Assembly (NCBI GenBank): GCA_038087875.1
Contig: JAXLNO010000319.1
Coordinates: 186,001 to 250,000 of the forward strand
Length of the DNA: 64,000 nucleotides
From: Malacoraja senta
Lineage: Eukaryota
Direction: 5' to 3'
Of the stretch, positions 1 to 11,769 are shown in pieces. Positions within the stretch are counted from its first letter, which is position 1; each line of letters starts with the position of its first letter. The notes beneath the pieces were generated by a model. It did not search any database. It had not been told where the DNA came from and saw only the letters and a list, made by a program, of their open reading frames with translations. Made by a program: the position numbers and the translations under genes.

Positions 1-668
1 GTGCAGGTACAGCAGGCAGTGAAGAAAGCTAATGCAATTTTGGCCTTCATATCAAGAGGATTTCAGTATAGGAGTAAAGAGGTTCTTCTGCAGTTGTATA
101 GGGTACTGGTGAGACCACATCTGGAGTATTGTGTTCAGTTTTTGTCTCCTAATTTGAGGAAGGACATCCTTGTAATTGAGGCAGTGCCGCGTAGGTTCAC
201 GAGGTTGATCCCTGGGATGGCGGGACTGTCATATGAGGAAAGATTGAATAGACTAGGCTTGTATTCACTTGATTTTAGAAGGATGAGTGGTGATCGTATA
301 GAAACATATAAAAATTATAAAAGGATTCGACAAGCTAGATACTGAAAAATGTTCCCAATGTTGGGCGAGTCCAGAACCAGGGGCCACAGATTTAGAGTAA
401 AGGGGACGCCATTTAAGACTGAAGTGAGAAAAAACTTTTTCACCCAGAGAGTTGTGAATTTGTGGAACTCCCTGCCCCAGAGGGCAGTGGAGGCCAAGTC
501 ACTGGATGGATTGAAGAGAGTTATATAGTGCACTTGGGTCTAGTGGAATCAAGGGACAAGGCAGGCACGGGTTATTGATTGGGGACGATCAGCCATGATG
601 ACAATGAATAGCGGTGCTGGCTCGAAGGGCCGAATTGCCTCCTCCTGCACTTATTGTCTATGTTGTTA
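1..668 (+). mobile_element. CR1 LINE (family A) 3' fragment
   Basis: ORF 1..345 has the CR1 ORF2 C-terminal motifs LVRPHLEYCVQF and LGLYSL. The 3'UTR ends in a decayed (TTTCTATG)n-type tail. Same family as 2221-2945, 38160-39213 and 59276-60850. Confidence 0.85.
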
Positions 669-825
669 CGTTTGTATGGCGCTGACAGTCCATATCCTTG
701 GAAACAGGTTTTCCATAATTAGAGGCATAGATCTACGATCAGAGAAAACTTGGATAAGGGGACCTCGGGGAGAACCTGTTCACCCAGAGGGGCGTTTGTA
801 TCTTCCATGCGCTGTCAAAATCAAT

Positions 826-1146
826 AGAGACATCGGGGTTCCATCGTTCCCGGCGAGAGGTCCTGAACATCGGTCCACCGTACCGGCGACTGCGGGGGGC
901 TCTGGAGGCCACGGCCACGGGTGAACATCGGGGAACATCAGCGAGGAGGTTGACTGGACTTTTTTTTCCTTCCCTCACAGTGGGGGCTTTGGTGCCGCTG
1001 TGGGGATGTTTGTGTTGTGGTCTATCGTTTTCTGTGTTTTTTTAAATATTTTTTATTCGCATGACTGTATGGGAAATAGCTTTTCGTTGTCGCTTACTGG
1101 AAGACAATGACAATTGAATCAAATCAATCAAATCAAATCAAATCAA
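826..1146 (+). mobile_element. 3' part of a non-autonomous retroelement (SINE-like) with (AATC)n tail
   Basis: Ends ...gacaatgacaattgaatcaaatcaatcaaatc. The 3' organisation matches the element ending at 55937. Confidence 0.55.
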
Positions 1147-1371
1147 ATAAACATGAGGACCCATCTCCGTGACAAGAATCCTTTTCATGCGTTCGAAAAC
1201 TGCCTTATTTGTTTCAGTCACTATCTCTCCTTCACCACTAATCTCCATTATTTTGTTTGCCGTGAAAAATATGTTTGCTCTCTCCATATAGGAGCTGAAC
1301 GGCTCTCTACTCTTGCCAAAAGTGCCAAGTTTTCCGATGTAGCCCGTGGACGCTGCCCTCGTGTAGTTCTC
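1147..1371 (-). pseudogene. Gypsy (Mag-like) gag N-terminal remnant
   Basis: Manual translation, absent from the ORF track: ...STGYIGKLGTFGKSREPFSSYMERANIFFTANKI...KRILVTEMGPHVY. Resembles the Mag/Gypsy gag start pattern (G.L..F....W..Y.ER...FF.AN.I ... L....G...Y). Confidence 0.6.
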
Positions 1372-1649
1372 TTTTTTTTAAAAGTCCGTTCGAAGACCCC
1401 GAATTCCAGTTCTGGTGTAACAATTCATCTAAAACGTAGCTGTACAAAGGCTATTCAGCTTGAGGAATTCGACAAAAAAGCTCAAGGATGACATCTTGCC
1501 ACGTGGACACAACATAGAGATAGTCTGATAAACTCTTGCCGATTTGGACAGCGGGTGCTTTAAACTACAGTTCCCTGCATAGAAAGATTTGGTCCTATCG
1601 AGTCGAGCTCGCAAACATCTGCGACACAACTCCGTATTTACTGGTAAAA

Positions 1650-2220
1650 ATATTATTTATTTATTAATTAAAAAACAAAAATTAGAAGCAATGTACAAAA
1701 TATAAACCGCGGCATATGACATAATACATTTATTGCACAGCTTCGATTTTAAGATGAAATAGAAAAAGAGAGAAAAAGCAAAGCAAGAAAGAAAATGAAA
1801 GATAAAGTGAATGTGTAAGAATAGAACCCCTAGACTACCAAATATGTGTAGTCGGAGAGTGAGTAAGTAAAATAATGAGAAGAACGTAAAGAAATAAAAA
1901 GACAAACACAGAAAAATAAACAAAAAGTTATGAGATAGCTGATTCATTTCTCTCCCCACCCATCGCCCAGTCCGTAAGTCGGTTTAATTGCGAGGTTGTG
2001 TTGCGCCATACTATCCTTGTAATGAATCAATGAATGGAATCCATGTCTTCGAAAATTGTTCTGGTTTTCCTGCAAAGACAAGTATCATATTTTCAAGATG
2101 TAACGTCCCAGACATGCTTGCAATCCACATTTTAAGAGTAGGGGCAGATGTCTTTTTCCAAAATTTAAGTATGAGTGTTTTCGCCGTTATCAGGCCATAA
2201 TTAAGGAAACGTCTTTGAAA
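1650..2220 (-). mobile_element. L1-clade LINE copy 2: ORF2 C-terminus and 3'UTR
   Basis: ORF 2011..2283 reads FLNYGLITAKTLILKFWKKTSAPTLKMW...WIPFIDSL, homologous to the end of ORF 5082..6338. Continues upstream at 4536-4750 and 10837-11560. Confidence 0.8.
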
Positions 2221-2945
2221 CACAGAAACATAGAAAATAGGTGCAGGAGTAGGCCATTCGGCCCTTCGAGCCTGCACCGCCATTCAATATGATCATGGCT
2301 GATCATCCTACTCAGTATCCTGTACCTGCCTTCTCTTCATACCCCCTGATACATTCAGCCACAAGGGCCACATCTACCTCCCTCTTAAATATAGCCAATG
2401 AACTGGCCTCAACTACCATCTGTGGCAGAGAATTCTAGAGATTCACTACTCTCTGTGTGAAAATGTTTTACTCATCTCGGTCCTAAAATATTTCCCCCTT
2501 ATTCTTAAACTGTGACCCCTTGTTCTGGATTTCCCCAACATCGGGAACAATCTTCCTGCATCTAGCCTGTCCAACCCCTTGCAAATTTTGAAAGTTTCTA
2601 TAAGATTCCCCCTTAATCTTCTAAGTTTAAGCGAGTACAAGCCAAGTCTATCCAGTCTTTCTTCATATGAAAGTCCTGACATCCCAGGAATCAGTCTGGT
2701 GAACCTTCTCTGTACTCCCACTATGGCACGAATATATTTCCTCAAATTAGGAGACCAAAACTGTGCGCAATACTCCAGGTGTGGTCTCACCAAGACCCCG
2801 TACAACTGCAGTAGAACCTCCCTGCTCCTATACTCAAATCCTTTTGCTATGAATGCGAACATACCATTGGCTTTTTTCAGTGCCTGCTGCAGCTGCATGC
2901 CTACTTTCAATGACTGGTGTACCATGACACCCAGGTCTCGTTGCA
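2221..2945 (-). mobile_element. CR1 LINE (family A) 3' fragment
   Basis: cacagaaacatagaaaatagg tail. ORF 2446..2946 has QRDLGV, LVRPHLEYC and TRGHSL. Confidence 0.85.
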
Positions 2946-3150
2946 TAGGTGGTGTTGCGGATAATGAAGTAGATTTTCAAAGTCTACAGAGAGATTTAGG
3001 CCATATGGAAGAGTGGGCTGAAAGATGGCAGATGGAGTTTAATGCTGATAAATGAGAGGTGCTACATCTCGGCAGGACAAATCAAAATAGGACGTACATG
3101 GTAAATGGTAGCGAATTGAGGAATGCAGTTGAACAGATGGATCTAGGAAT
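2946..3150 (+). mobile_element. CR1 (family B) RT fragment, inverted relative to its neighbour
   Basis: Reads IGGVADNEVDFQSLQRDLG...WQMEFNADK. Imperfect reverse complement of 3790-3995. Confidence 0.8.
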
Positions 3151-4243
3151 CCCTCCTTCTTACTGCCCCCCTAGTCTCATCTACCTGCACTCAGACCATA
3201 ACCCTCCATTCCTTTCCCGTCCATATACCCATCCAATCTATTTTTAAAGGATAAAATCGAACCAGCCTCCACCACTTCCACTGGAAGCTCATTCCACACA
3301 GCTACCACTCTCTGAGTAAAGAAGTTCCCCATAATGTTACCCCTAAACTTCTGTCCCTTAATTCTCAAGTCATGTCCCCTTGTTTGAATCTTCCCTACTC
3401 TCAATGGAAAAAGCTTATCCACGTCAACTCTGTCTAACCCGCTCATAATCTTAAAGACCTCCATCAAGTCCCCTCTTAACCTTCTGCGCTCCAAAGAATA
3501 AAGACCTAACTTGTTCAACCTTTCTCTGTAACTTAGTTGCTGAAACCCAGGCAACATTCTAGTAAATCTCCTCTGTACTCTCTCTATTTTGTTGACATCC
3601 TTGCTATAATTAGGCGACCAAAATTGTACTCCATACTCCAGAATTGGCCTCACCAATGCCTTGTACAATTTTAACATTACATCCCTACTTCTATATTCAA
3701 TGCTCCGATTTATAAAGGCCAGCACCCCAAAAGCTTTCTTTACCACCCTATCTACATGAGATTCCACGTTCAGGGTACTATGCACAGTTATTCCTAGATC
3801 CCTCTGTTCAACAGCATTCCTCAATTCTCTACCATTTACGATGTACGTCCTATTTTGATTTGTCCTGCCGAGATGTAATACCTCACATTTATCAGCATTA
3901 AATTCCAAGTGCCATCTTTCAGCCCACTCTTCCAAATGGCCTAAATCTCTCTGTAGAGTTTGAAAATCTACTTCATTATCCACCACACCACCTATCTTAG
4001 TATCATCTGCATACTTAATAATCCAATTTCCCACACCTTCATCCAGATCATTGATGTACATGACAAACAACAGTGGCCCCAACACAGACCCCTGAGGCAC
4101 CCCACTAGTCACCGGCCTCCAACCTGACAAACAGCCATCCACCATTACTCTCTGGCATCTCCCATTCAGCCACTGTTGAATCCATCTTGCTACTCCACCA
4201 TTAATACCCAACAATTGAATCTTCTTAACCAACCTTCCATGAT
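3151..4243 (-). mobile_element. CR1 LINE (family B) RT and C-terminal region (ORF 3177..4232)
   Basis: Motifs SGVPQGSVLGPLLF, YINDL, KYADDTK and LVRPILEY. Confidence 0.9.
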
Positions 4244-4535
4244 CAATACTGATCCCCCAATACCGTGTGCTTTAAGTTTGTATACTAATCTCTTTATGTG
4301 GGACCTTGTCGAAAGCCTTCTGAAAGTCCAGATATAACACATCTACTGGTTCTACCTTATCCACTCTACTAGTTACATCCTCGAAAAATGCTATAAGATT
4401 CGTCAGACATGAATTACCTTTCATAAATCCATGCTGACTTTGTCCAATGATTTCTCCACTTTCCAAATGTGCTGCTATCCCATCTTTAATAACTGACTCT
4501 AGCAGTTTCGCCAATACCGCTGTTAGACTAACTGG
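4244..4535 (-). mobile_element. CR1 (family A) RT N-terminal fragment
   Basis: ORF 4272..4514 reads SQHGFMKGNSCLTNL...YLDFQKAFDKVPH. Confidence 0.85.
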
Positions 4536-4750
4536 AATATTGTTAGCTCAGGGCAGGCTTCTGCTGTTCCGAAAATACTCAGTTCCGTATGGGGGTCCAG
4601 TTTTGTTATTATTGTTTTTGAGAACATTTCTAAAATTCCTTTCCAAAACTTATGTAGTTTGATGCAAGAGGCAAAGGAATGTGATATAGTTGCTTCTTGA
4701 AGGAGACATTTGTCACAAATAGGAGACACATTTGAGAAAAATCTTATTCA
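4536..4750 (-). mobile_element. L1-clade copy 2: ORF2 zinc-knuckle region
   Basis: ORF 4523..4729 reads SPICDKC...HSFASC...PELTIFQ, which joins FQ|RRFLN at about 2220. Confidence 0.75.
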
Positions 4751-7700
4751 TTTTTTTTTTAATAAAATATTGTTTATTGGAGATACGTACACAACCTAGT
4801 TACATCATTACAGTCTTACATTTTTAAATTGATAATATTGTCAATTATTATTACATTGTCTCCAATACCTTTTGCCTTTTTAAAAAAAACCTAAATAGAA
4901 CTAAAGAGAAAGATGAAGTAAAGAACGAAAAGAAAGAGAAGGAAAAAAAAAAAAAAAAAAAAAAAGGAAAAAGATAGTTAAAGAAGAATGGAAACATTTA
5001 TTAAAATAAAAAACTTCATTCGAGATATATTCGTACATTTCTAAATATAGCATTTCATCCATTCTTTAGCCCGGGTGTTAGTCAGGTTCCTGTGCTGAAC
5101 TTGTTTGAATCTTCCCTACTCTCAATGGAAAATGAACTGTTCTGACCCTTTAAGTAATCAATAAAAGGAGACCATGTTCCAACGAATAATTCCTGTTTGT
5201 CCAACAGGGAGAATCTGATTCTTTCCACGTTTAAGGTCTCCGTCATTTCTATAATCCACATTTTGATTGTGGGGGTCGTAGGGCCTTTCCAAAATTTTAG
5301 AATTAATTTTTTTCCTGTTATTAAACTATAATCAATAAAGTTTCTTTGTGTTGTTCTAAATGTTTGATTTAATTCTAATATTCCAAGAATTATTAATTTT
5401 GGATCTGGGTCCAATTGTGTGCTGGTTACTTTAGATATTATACTGAAAATATTTACCCAGAATGTTTTAATTTTTATACAGTTTGCAAACATATGAGATA
5501 AGGTAGCTTCTAAATGTTGACATTTATCACATATAGGTGAGATATGTTGACAAATTTTATGTAGTTTTGTTTTTGAATAATGTAACCTATGTATTACTTT
5601 AAATTGTATTAGAGATTGTCTGGCGTTTAATGAACATTGATGTATGTGTTGCAAACTTTCTTCCCAAGTATCTTTCGTTATTATTTGATTTAATTCTTTT
5701 TCCCATGTTTGTCTGTGTAAGTCCGTCGATGGAATGTCACTGTCTAATAAGATATTATATATATAAGATATTAATTTTTCTGTATTAGGATGTTTGTTCC
5801 AACATTCATCAAGAATTTCTGAATTTCTAATTCGAAAATTTTGAGTATTCGATTTTACATAATCTCTAAGTTGAAGATATCTGAAATAATCATTTCCTCG
5901 TAGTCCATAAGTCTGTTGCAACTCCTGAAATGTCAGAAAAGTGCCTTCCTTGTAAAGTTGTCCCATATTTTTAATTCCATAATTCTTCCATTGTGTAAAA
6001 CCCCCGTCCAACCATGAAGGCTTAAACAAAGGGTTATTCACAATTGGAAGAAAAAGTGATAAATTATCTAATTTTAATGTCTTTTTTAATTGTTTCCAAA
6101 TTCGTATAGCACTAAATATTATAGGGTTTTCCCTATAAATTTTTTTGTTTAATTTAGACGTAGCAAATAATATCGAACCGATATCAAAAGGTAAACAATC
6201 TTCCTTTTCCAGTTTTAACCAGTCTGGTTGATGATCTATTTCTTCCAACCAGAAATTCATATTTTTAATATTAACTGCCCAGAAATAAAACAAAATGTTG
6301 GGTAAAACCAAGCCTCCATTTATTTTTGATTTACACAAATGTCTTTTGTTTATCCTATGATTCTTATAATCCCAGATAAAATCATTAACAATAGAGTCCA
6401 GTTTTTAAAAAAAGTGTTTTGCCAGATATATCGGAATTGTCTGAAAAAGGTATAATATTTGCGGTAAAAAAATCATTTTTATGGCATTAATTTTGCCAAC
6501 CATTGAGATAGGAAGTGTTTTCCAGTATTGAATATTCTTATGTAGTTTATTCAGTAATGGTGGAAAATTTGCTTTAAATAATGATGTATATATCTTAGTT
6601 ACATAAATACCTAGATATTTAAATTTTTCCTTTACTATTTTAAATCGAAATTGTTGTATTATCTGTTTGTTATGTTCCCTTATTGGCATAATTTCACTTT
6701 TATTCCAATTTATTCTGTATCCTGAAAGTGAACCAAATTGGATTATTAGCTTTAATAAGTTTGGAATACTAATTTCTGGTTTTGTAATGTAAATTAATAC
6801 ATCATCTGCGTATAGAGAAATTTTATTCACTGTGTCCTTTGTGTTATACCCGTGTATTTCCGGATGCCCCCTGACTCTTTCTGCAAGTGGCTCAATAGCA
6901 AGCGCAAATAATAATGGAGATAACGGGCATCCTTGTCTACAACCTCTAGATAGGCTAAATTTAGATGACAACCTTTGGTTTGTAAATATTCTAGCCGTGG
7001 GATTTGTATATAACAGTTTTATCCATGTGCAGAATTTCTCCCCTAGCTGCATATTTTCCATCACCGAAAATAAATAAGACCATTCGACCTGATCAAATGC
7101 TTTTTCAGCGTCAAGTGAGATTATTGCTAGATCTTCATTAATATTTCTGTTGGAATATATAATATTAAATAATCTTCTTAGATTATAATATGAGTACCGT
7201 TTCTGAATAAAGCCTGTTTGGTCAGGGTGTATTAATTTATTCATCACTGTACTTAATCTATGCGCTAGTATTTTAGTTAATATTTTCTGATCTGTATTTA
7301 AAAGTGCAATTGCTCTATATGATCCCGGGTCTTCCGGATCTTTATCAGCTTTAGGAATAAGTGTTATTATAGATTCATTTAAAGTGTCTGGAAGTTTCTG
7401 TTGTGTATAGATATACTCATACAGTCTTTGTAAACGTGGGCAAAGCAAATCATAATTTTTTTTATAAAATTCGGAGCCTAAACCATCTGGTCCTACTGCT
7501 TTACCATTTTTTAAAGAGCCAATAGACTCCTCAATATCTTTTATGGTAATCTCCCTTTCTAATAATTCTCTATCGTTTGAATCTAAACCTTTTAAATTAC
7601 ATTTTAGTAAAAAATCTGCTATTCCTTCTGATTATGGTTATGATAGTATTGGAGAAATCTATCATTTATGTCCTTGGGCATTTTTAATAATTCTCCTGTC

Positions 7701-9209
7701 TCTGTTCTAATTTTATGAATTATTTTTTCCCCTTCCATTTTTCGTAACTGACGTGCAAATAGTTTTTGTGGTTTGTCTCCAAATTCAAAATGTAATTGTT
7801 TGGTTTTTTGATAAAGTTTTATTACTTGTTCTGAATACATTTTATTTAATTTATATTTCAATACAGCAATTTTATTATGTTTTAAAATAGATGGCATTCT
7901 CGCATTTTCTATATCTAGTTGCTTGATTTCACTTTCCAATGTTTGTTGCTTAATCCTGTTCTCTTTATTATAAAATGCTTGAGCGGAAATTAATGTACCT
8001 CGAACAAACGCTTTAAACGTTTCCCACATAAGAGAAGTAGGTGTGTCAGGGTTGTCATTTACCTCAAAAAATATTTGAATCTGCTTAATAATATATTCCT
8101 GGCATGATCTTTCGTTCAAAATTTGTGGGTTAAATCTCCAATATGCTTGTTTCTCGGACATTCCATTTAATTTAATCATGAATGTTACAGGTGCGTGATC
8201 TGAGATTATAATGTTATGGTATTTTGTATTATAAATAAATGGGATAAACATAGAGTCAACTAAAAAATAATCTATTCTTGAGTATGTTTTATGTACTGGT
8301 GAGTAAAATGAATATTCCCGTCCAGTTGGGTTTTTCTATTCTCCAGATATCCTTAATATTAGTGGTATTAATAAATGAATTTAGAAATACACTTGATTGA
8401 GATTTTACTTTTTTTTGCCTTGATGATCTATCTAAGTATGAATCTAATGTACAATTGAAGTCTCCTCCAATTATTCATTTATATTGTGTAAATTCAGGAA
8501 TTTTATAAAATGTTTTATTAAAAAACATGGGGTTATCAAAGTTAGGCCCATATACATTAAGAAGAATCACTTTTTCTCCATTTAACTCTCCAACTAATAT
8601 AATATATCTACCATCAATATCCACTATTGTTGAAGAGTTCGTAAAAGGTATTCCTTTACGAATTAATATTGCAACTCCTCTGGACTTATGGGAAAAAGAG
8701 GAATGATATGATTCAGCGATCCACTTAGCTTTAAGTCTATGTTGAGATTCCTTTTTAAGGTGTGTTTCTTGGAGAAATATTATATCTGTTTTGATTAAGT
8801 TTAGATGTGCCAAAACTTTACCTCTCTTAATTGGTTCATTGATTTCCTTGACATTCCAACTACAAAATGTTATTCCCTGACCCCCTCTTGTCATATTAAC
8901 ATCTTGCATATTGTTTCTAAGGTGGTCTATAACCGAGCAGAAGGTACAACACATAAAACCTGACCCTGCTACCGAACTTCAGATAGATGAATTTAAAATC
9001 ATATACATCGCTCTTCCGAACACATCTCCTTGTATTAGACTTGTTTTTCCATTCAAACATTAAGTTATAAAAATATTTAAAGTGAAAAAAGTGATAGAAT
9101 TGATTAGTAAAGGGTGAAAGAAAAAGAACTACATCTACAATTAGTGTAGTTAGTGATAGCCACACTAACGTGGCTAGAATTCTAAAGACTTCCGTAGCCT
9201 TTGTAAGAA
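4751..9209 (-). mobile_element. L1-clade LINE copy 1, 5'-truncated (spacer, full ORF2, 3'UTR, polyA)
   Basis: Poly(T) at 4751-4760 is the poly(A) tail. ORF2 pieces: EN 8475..8954, linker 7619..8251, RT 6405..7448, C-terminus 5082..6338. Confidence 0.92.
5082..8909 (-). pseudogene. L1 ORF2p (APE endonuclease, RT, CCHC), broken into several frames
   Basis: Motifs SWNV, FLQETH, NVYGPN, SDHAP, DAEKAFD, GCRQGCPLSPLLF, LYADDV, FKYLG and CDKC...H...C. Confidence 0.9.
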
Positions 9210-11051
9210 AATGACTGGTGTACCATGACACCCAGTTCTCGTTGCATAGGTGGTGTTGCGGATAATGAAGTAGATTTTCAAAGTCTACAGAGAGATTTAG
9301 GCCATTTGGAAGAGTGGGCTGAAAGATGGCAGATGGAGTTTAATGCTGATAAATGAGAGGTGCTACATCTCGGCAGGACAAATCAAAATAGGACGTACAT
9401 GGTAAATGGTAGCGAATTGAGGAATGCAGTTGAACAGATGGATCTAGGAATCCCTCCTTCTTACTGCCCCCCTAGTCCCATCTACCTGCACTCAGACCAT
9501 AACCCTCCATTCCTTTCCCGTCCATATACCCATCCAATCTATTTTTAAAGGATAAAATCGAACCAGCCTCCACCACTTCCACTGGAAGCTCATTCCACAC
9601 AGCTACCACTCTCTGAGTAAAGAGGTTCCCCCTAATGTTACCCCTAAACTTTTGTCCCTTAATTCTCAAGTCATGTCCCCTTGTTTGAATCTTCCCTATT
9701 CTCAATGGAAAAAGCTTATCCACGTCAACTCTGTCCAACCCGCTCATAATCTTAAAGACCTCTATCAAGTCCCCTCTTAACCTTCTGCGCTCCAAAGAAT
9801 AAAGACCTAACTTGTTCAACCTTTCTCTGTAACTTAGTTGCTGAAACCCAGGCAACATTCTAGTAAATCTCCTCTGTACTCTCCCTATTTTGTTGACATC
9901 CTTGCTATAATTAGGTGACCAAAATTGTACTCCATACTCCAGAATTGGCCTCACCAATGTCTTGTACAATTTTAACATTACATCCCTACTTCTATATTCA
10001 ATGCTCTGATTTATAAAGGCCAGCACCCCAAAAGCTTTCTTTACCACCCTATCTACATGAGATTCCACCTTCAGGGTACTATGCACAGTTATTCCTAGAT
10101 CCCTCTGTTCAACTGCATTCCTCAATTCTCTACCATTTACCATGTACGTCCTATTTTGATTTGTCCTGCCGAGATGTAATACCTCACATTTATCAGCATT
10201 AAATTCCAAGTGCCATCTTTCAGCCCACTCTTCCAAATGGCCTAAATCTCTCTGTAGAGTTTGAAAATCTACTTCATTATCCACCACACCACCTATCTTA
10301 GTATCATCTGCATACTTACTAATCCAATTTCCCACACCATCATCCAGATCATTGATGTACATGACAAACAACAGTGGCCCCAACACAGACCCCTGAGGCA
10401 CCCCACTAGTCACCGGCCTCCAACCTGACAAACAGCCATCCACCATTACTCTCTGGCATCTCCCATTCAGCCACTGTTGAATCCATCTTGCTACTCCACC
10501 ATTAATACCCAACAATTGAATCTTCTTAACCAACCTTCCATGATCAATACTGATCCCCCAATACCGTGTGTTTTAAGTTTGTATACTAATCTCTTTATGT
10601 GGGACCTTGTCGAAAACCTTCTGAAAGTCCAGATATAACACATCTACTGGTTCTACCTTATCCACTCTACTAGTTACATCCTCGAAAAATGCTATAAGAT
10701 TCGTCAGACATGAATTACCTTTCATAAATCCATGCTGACTTTGTCCAATGATTTCTCCACTTTCCAAATGTGCTGCTATCCCATCTTTAATAACTGACTC
10801 TAGCAGTTTCGCCAATACCGCTGTTAGACTAACTGGAATATTGTTAGCTCAGGGCAGGCTTCTGCTGTTCCGAAAATACTCAGTTCCGTATGGGGGTCCA
10901 GTTTTGTTATTACTGTTTTTGAGAACATTTCTAAAATTCCTTTCCAAAACTTATGTAGTTTGATGCAAGAGGCAAAGGAATGTGATATAGTTGCTTCTTG
11001 AAGGAGACATTTGTCACAAATAGGAGACACATTTGAGAAAAATCTTATTCA
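9210..11051 (+). repeat. 1,842-bp direct repeat, copy 2 (contains CR1-B ORF 9472..10533 on minus)
   Basis: Near-identical to 2909-4750. Confidence 0.95.
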
Positions 11052-11560
11052 GTGTAGTCTTTGAGTAGTAGTGTCTGTGCCGTGTTTTAAATTGGATTAA
11101 ATGTGTCTAACATTAATCGAACAATTATGTATATATAAACGTTTTTTCCCATCTGCCTTTGGAAAATTTTAGGCCTAGTTCCTCTTCCCATTCTCTTCTA
11201 ATTGCGTCTGACGATGGCATTTCTATATTTATAAGGGTATTATACAAGTATGATGTTAGATTGTTTGACTCCGAGGTTCTATTCATACCTTCGTCTAATA
11301 TATCTGGCAGAAGAGTTTTATAATCATGGGTATATGTTTTCAAATAATCTCGAATTTGAAGATATCTAAAATATTGATTACCTTTCAGACTGTATTTCGA
11401 CTGTAATTTCTGAAATGACAGGAGATTTCCCATCTCGTAGAGATCTCCAAGCTTTTTAATTCCTAGTCTTTCACAATAAGTAAAGGTTTTATCTATAATA
11501 GATGGCTTAAACGACGGGTTATTATCTATTGGTGAAAGAAGAGATGAATTTCCTAGTTTA
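11052..11560 (-). mobile_element. L1-clade copy 2: ORF2 C-terminal region, continuation
   Basis: ORF 11125..11433 reads GNLLSFQKLQSKYSLKGNQYFRYLQIRDY. Confidence 0.8.
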
Positions 11561-11769
11561 AAAGTTGATTTTTTTGACTTCCGGTGGCGCCATGAAGCAG
11601 TATAAGGCGCAGCATTCAGCTCCGCTCCCGTTGAATGCGTTAAATCGCTTAAAATACGTTTTGGAAGAGGAGACCGATTTAAAATTACTTACCGGAGCTG
11701 CCTGACTTCGCGAACCTGACGTCATCAGAAATCGCCGCAAAATAACGGAGAATAACGGCACATTTAAAT

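Larger units (their letters stand above)
2909..4750 (+). repeat. 1,842-bp direct repeat, copy 1 (copy 2 at 9210-11051)
   Basis: Both ends align at a constant offset of 6301. Only scattered substitutions are visible by eye. Confidence 0.95.

Noticed and set aside
2579..3055. Antisense or chimeric CR1 ORFs (also 38348..38779 and 59911..60673)
   Set aside because: Shadow frames on the opposite strand of CR1 ORF2, or read-through across insertion junctions.
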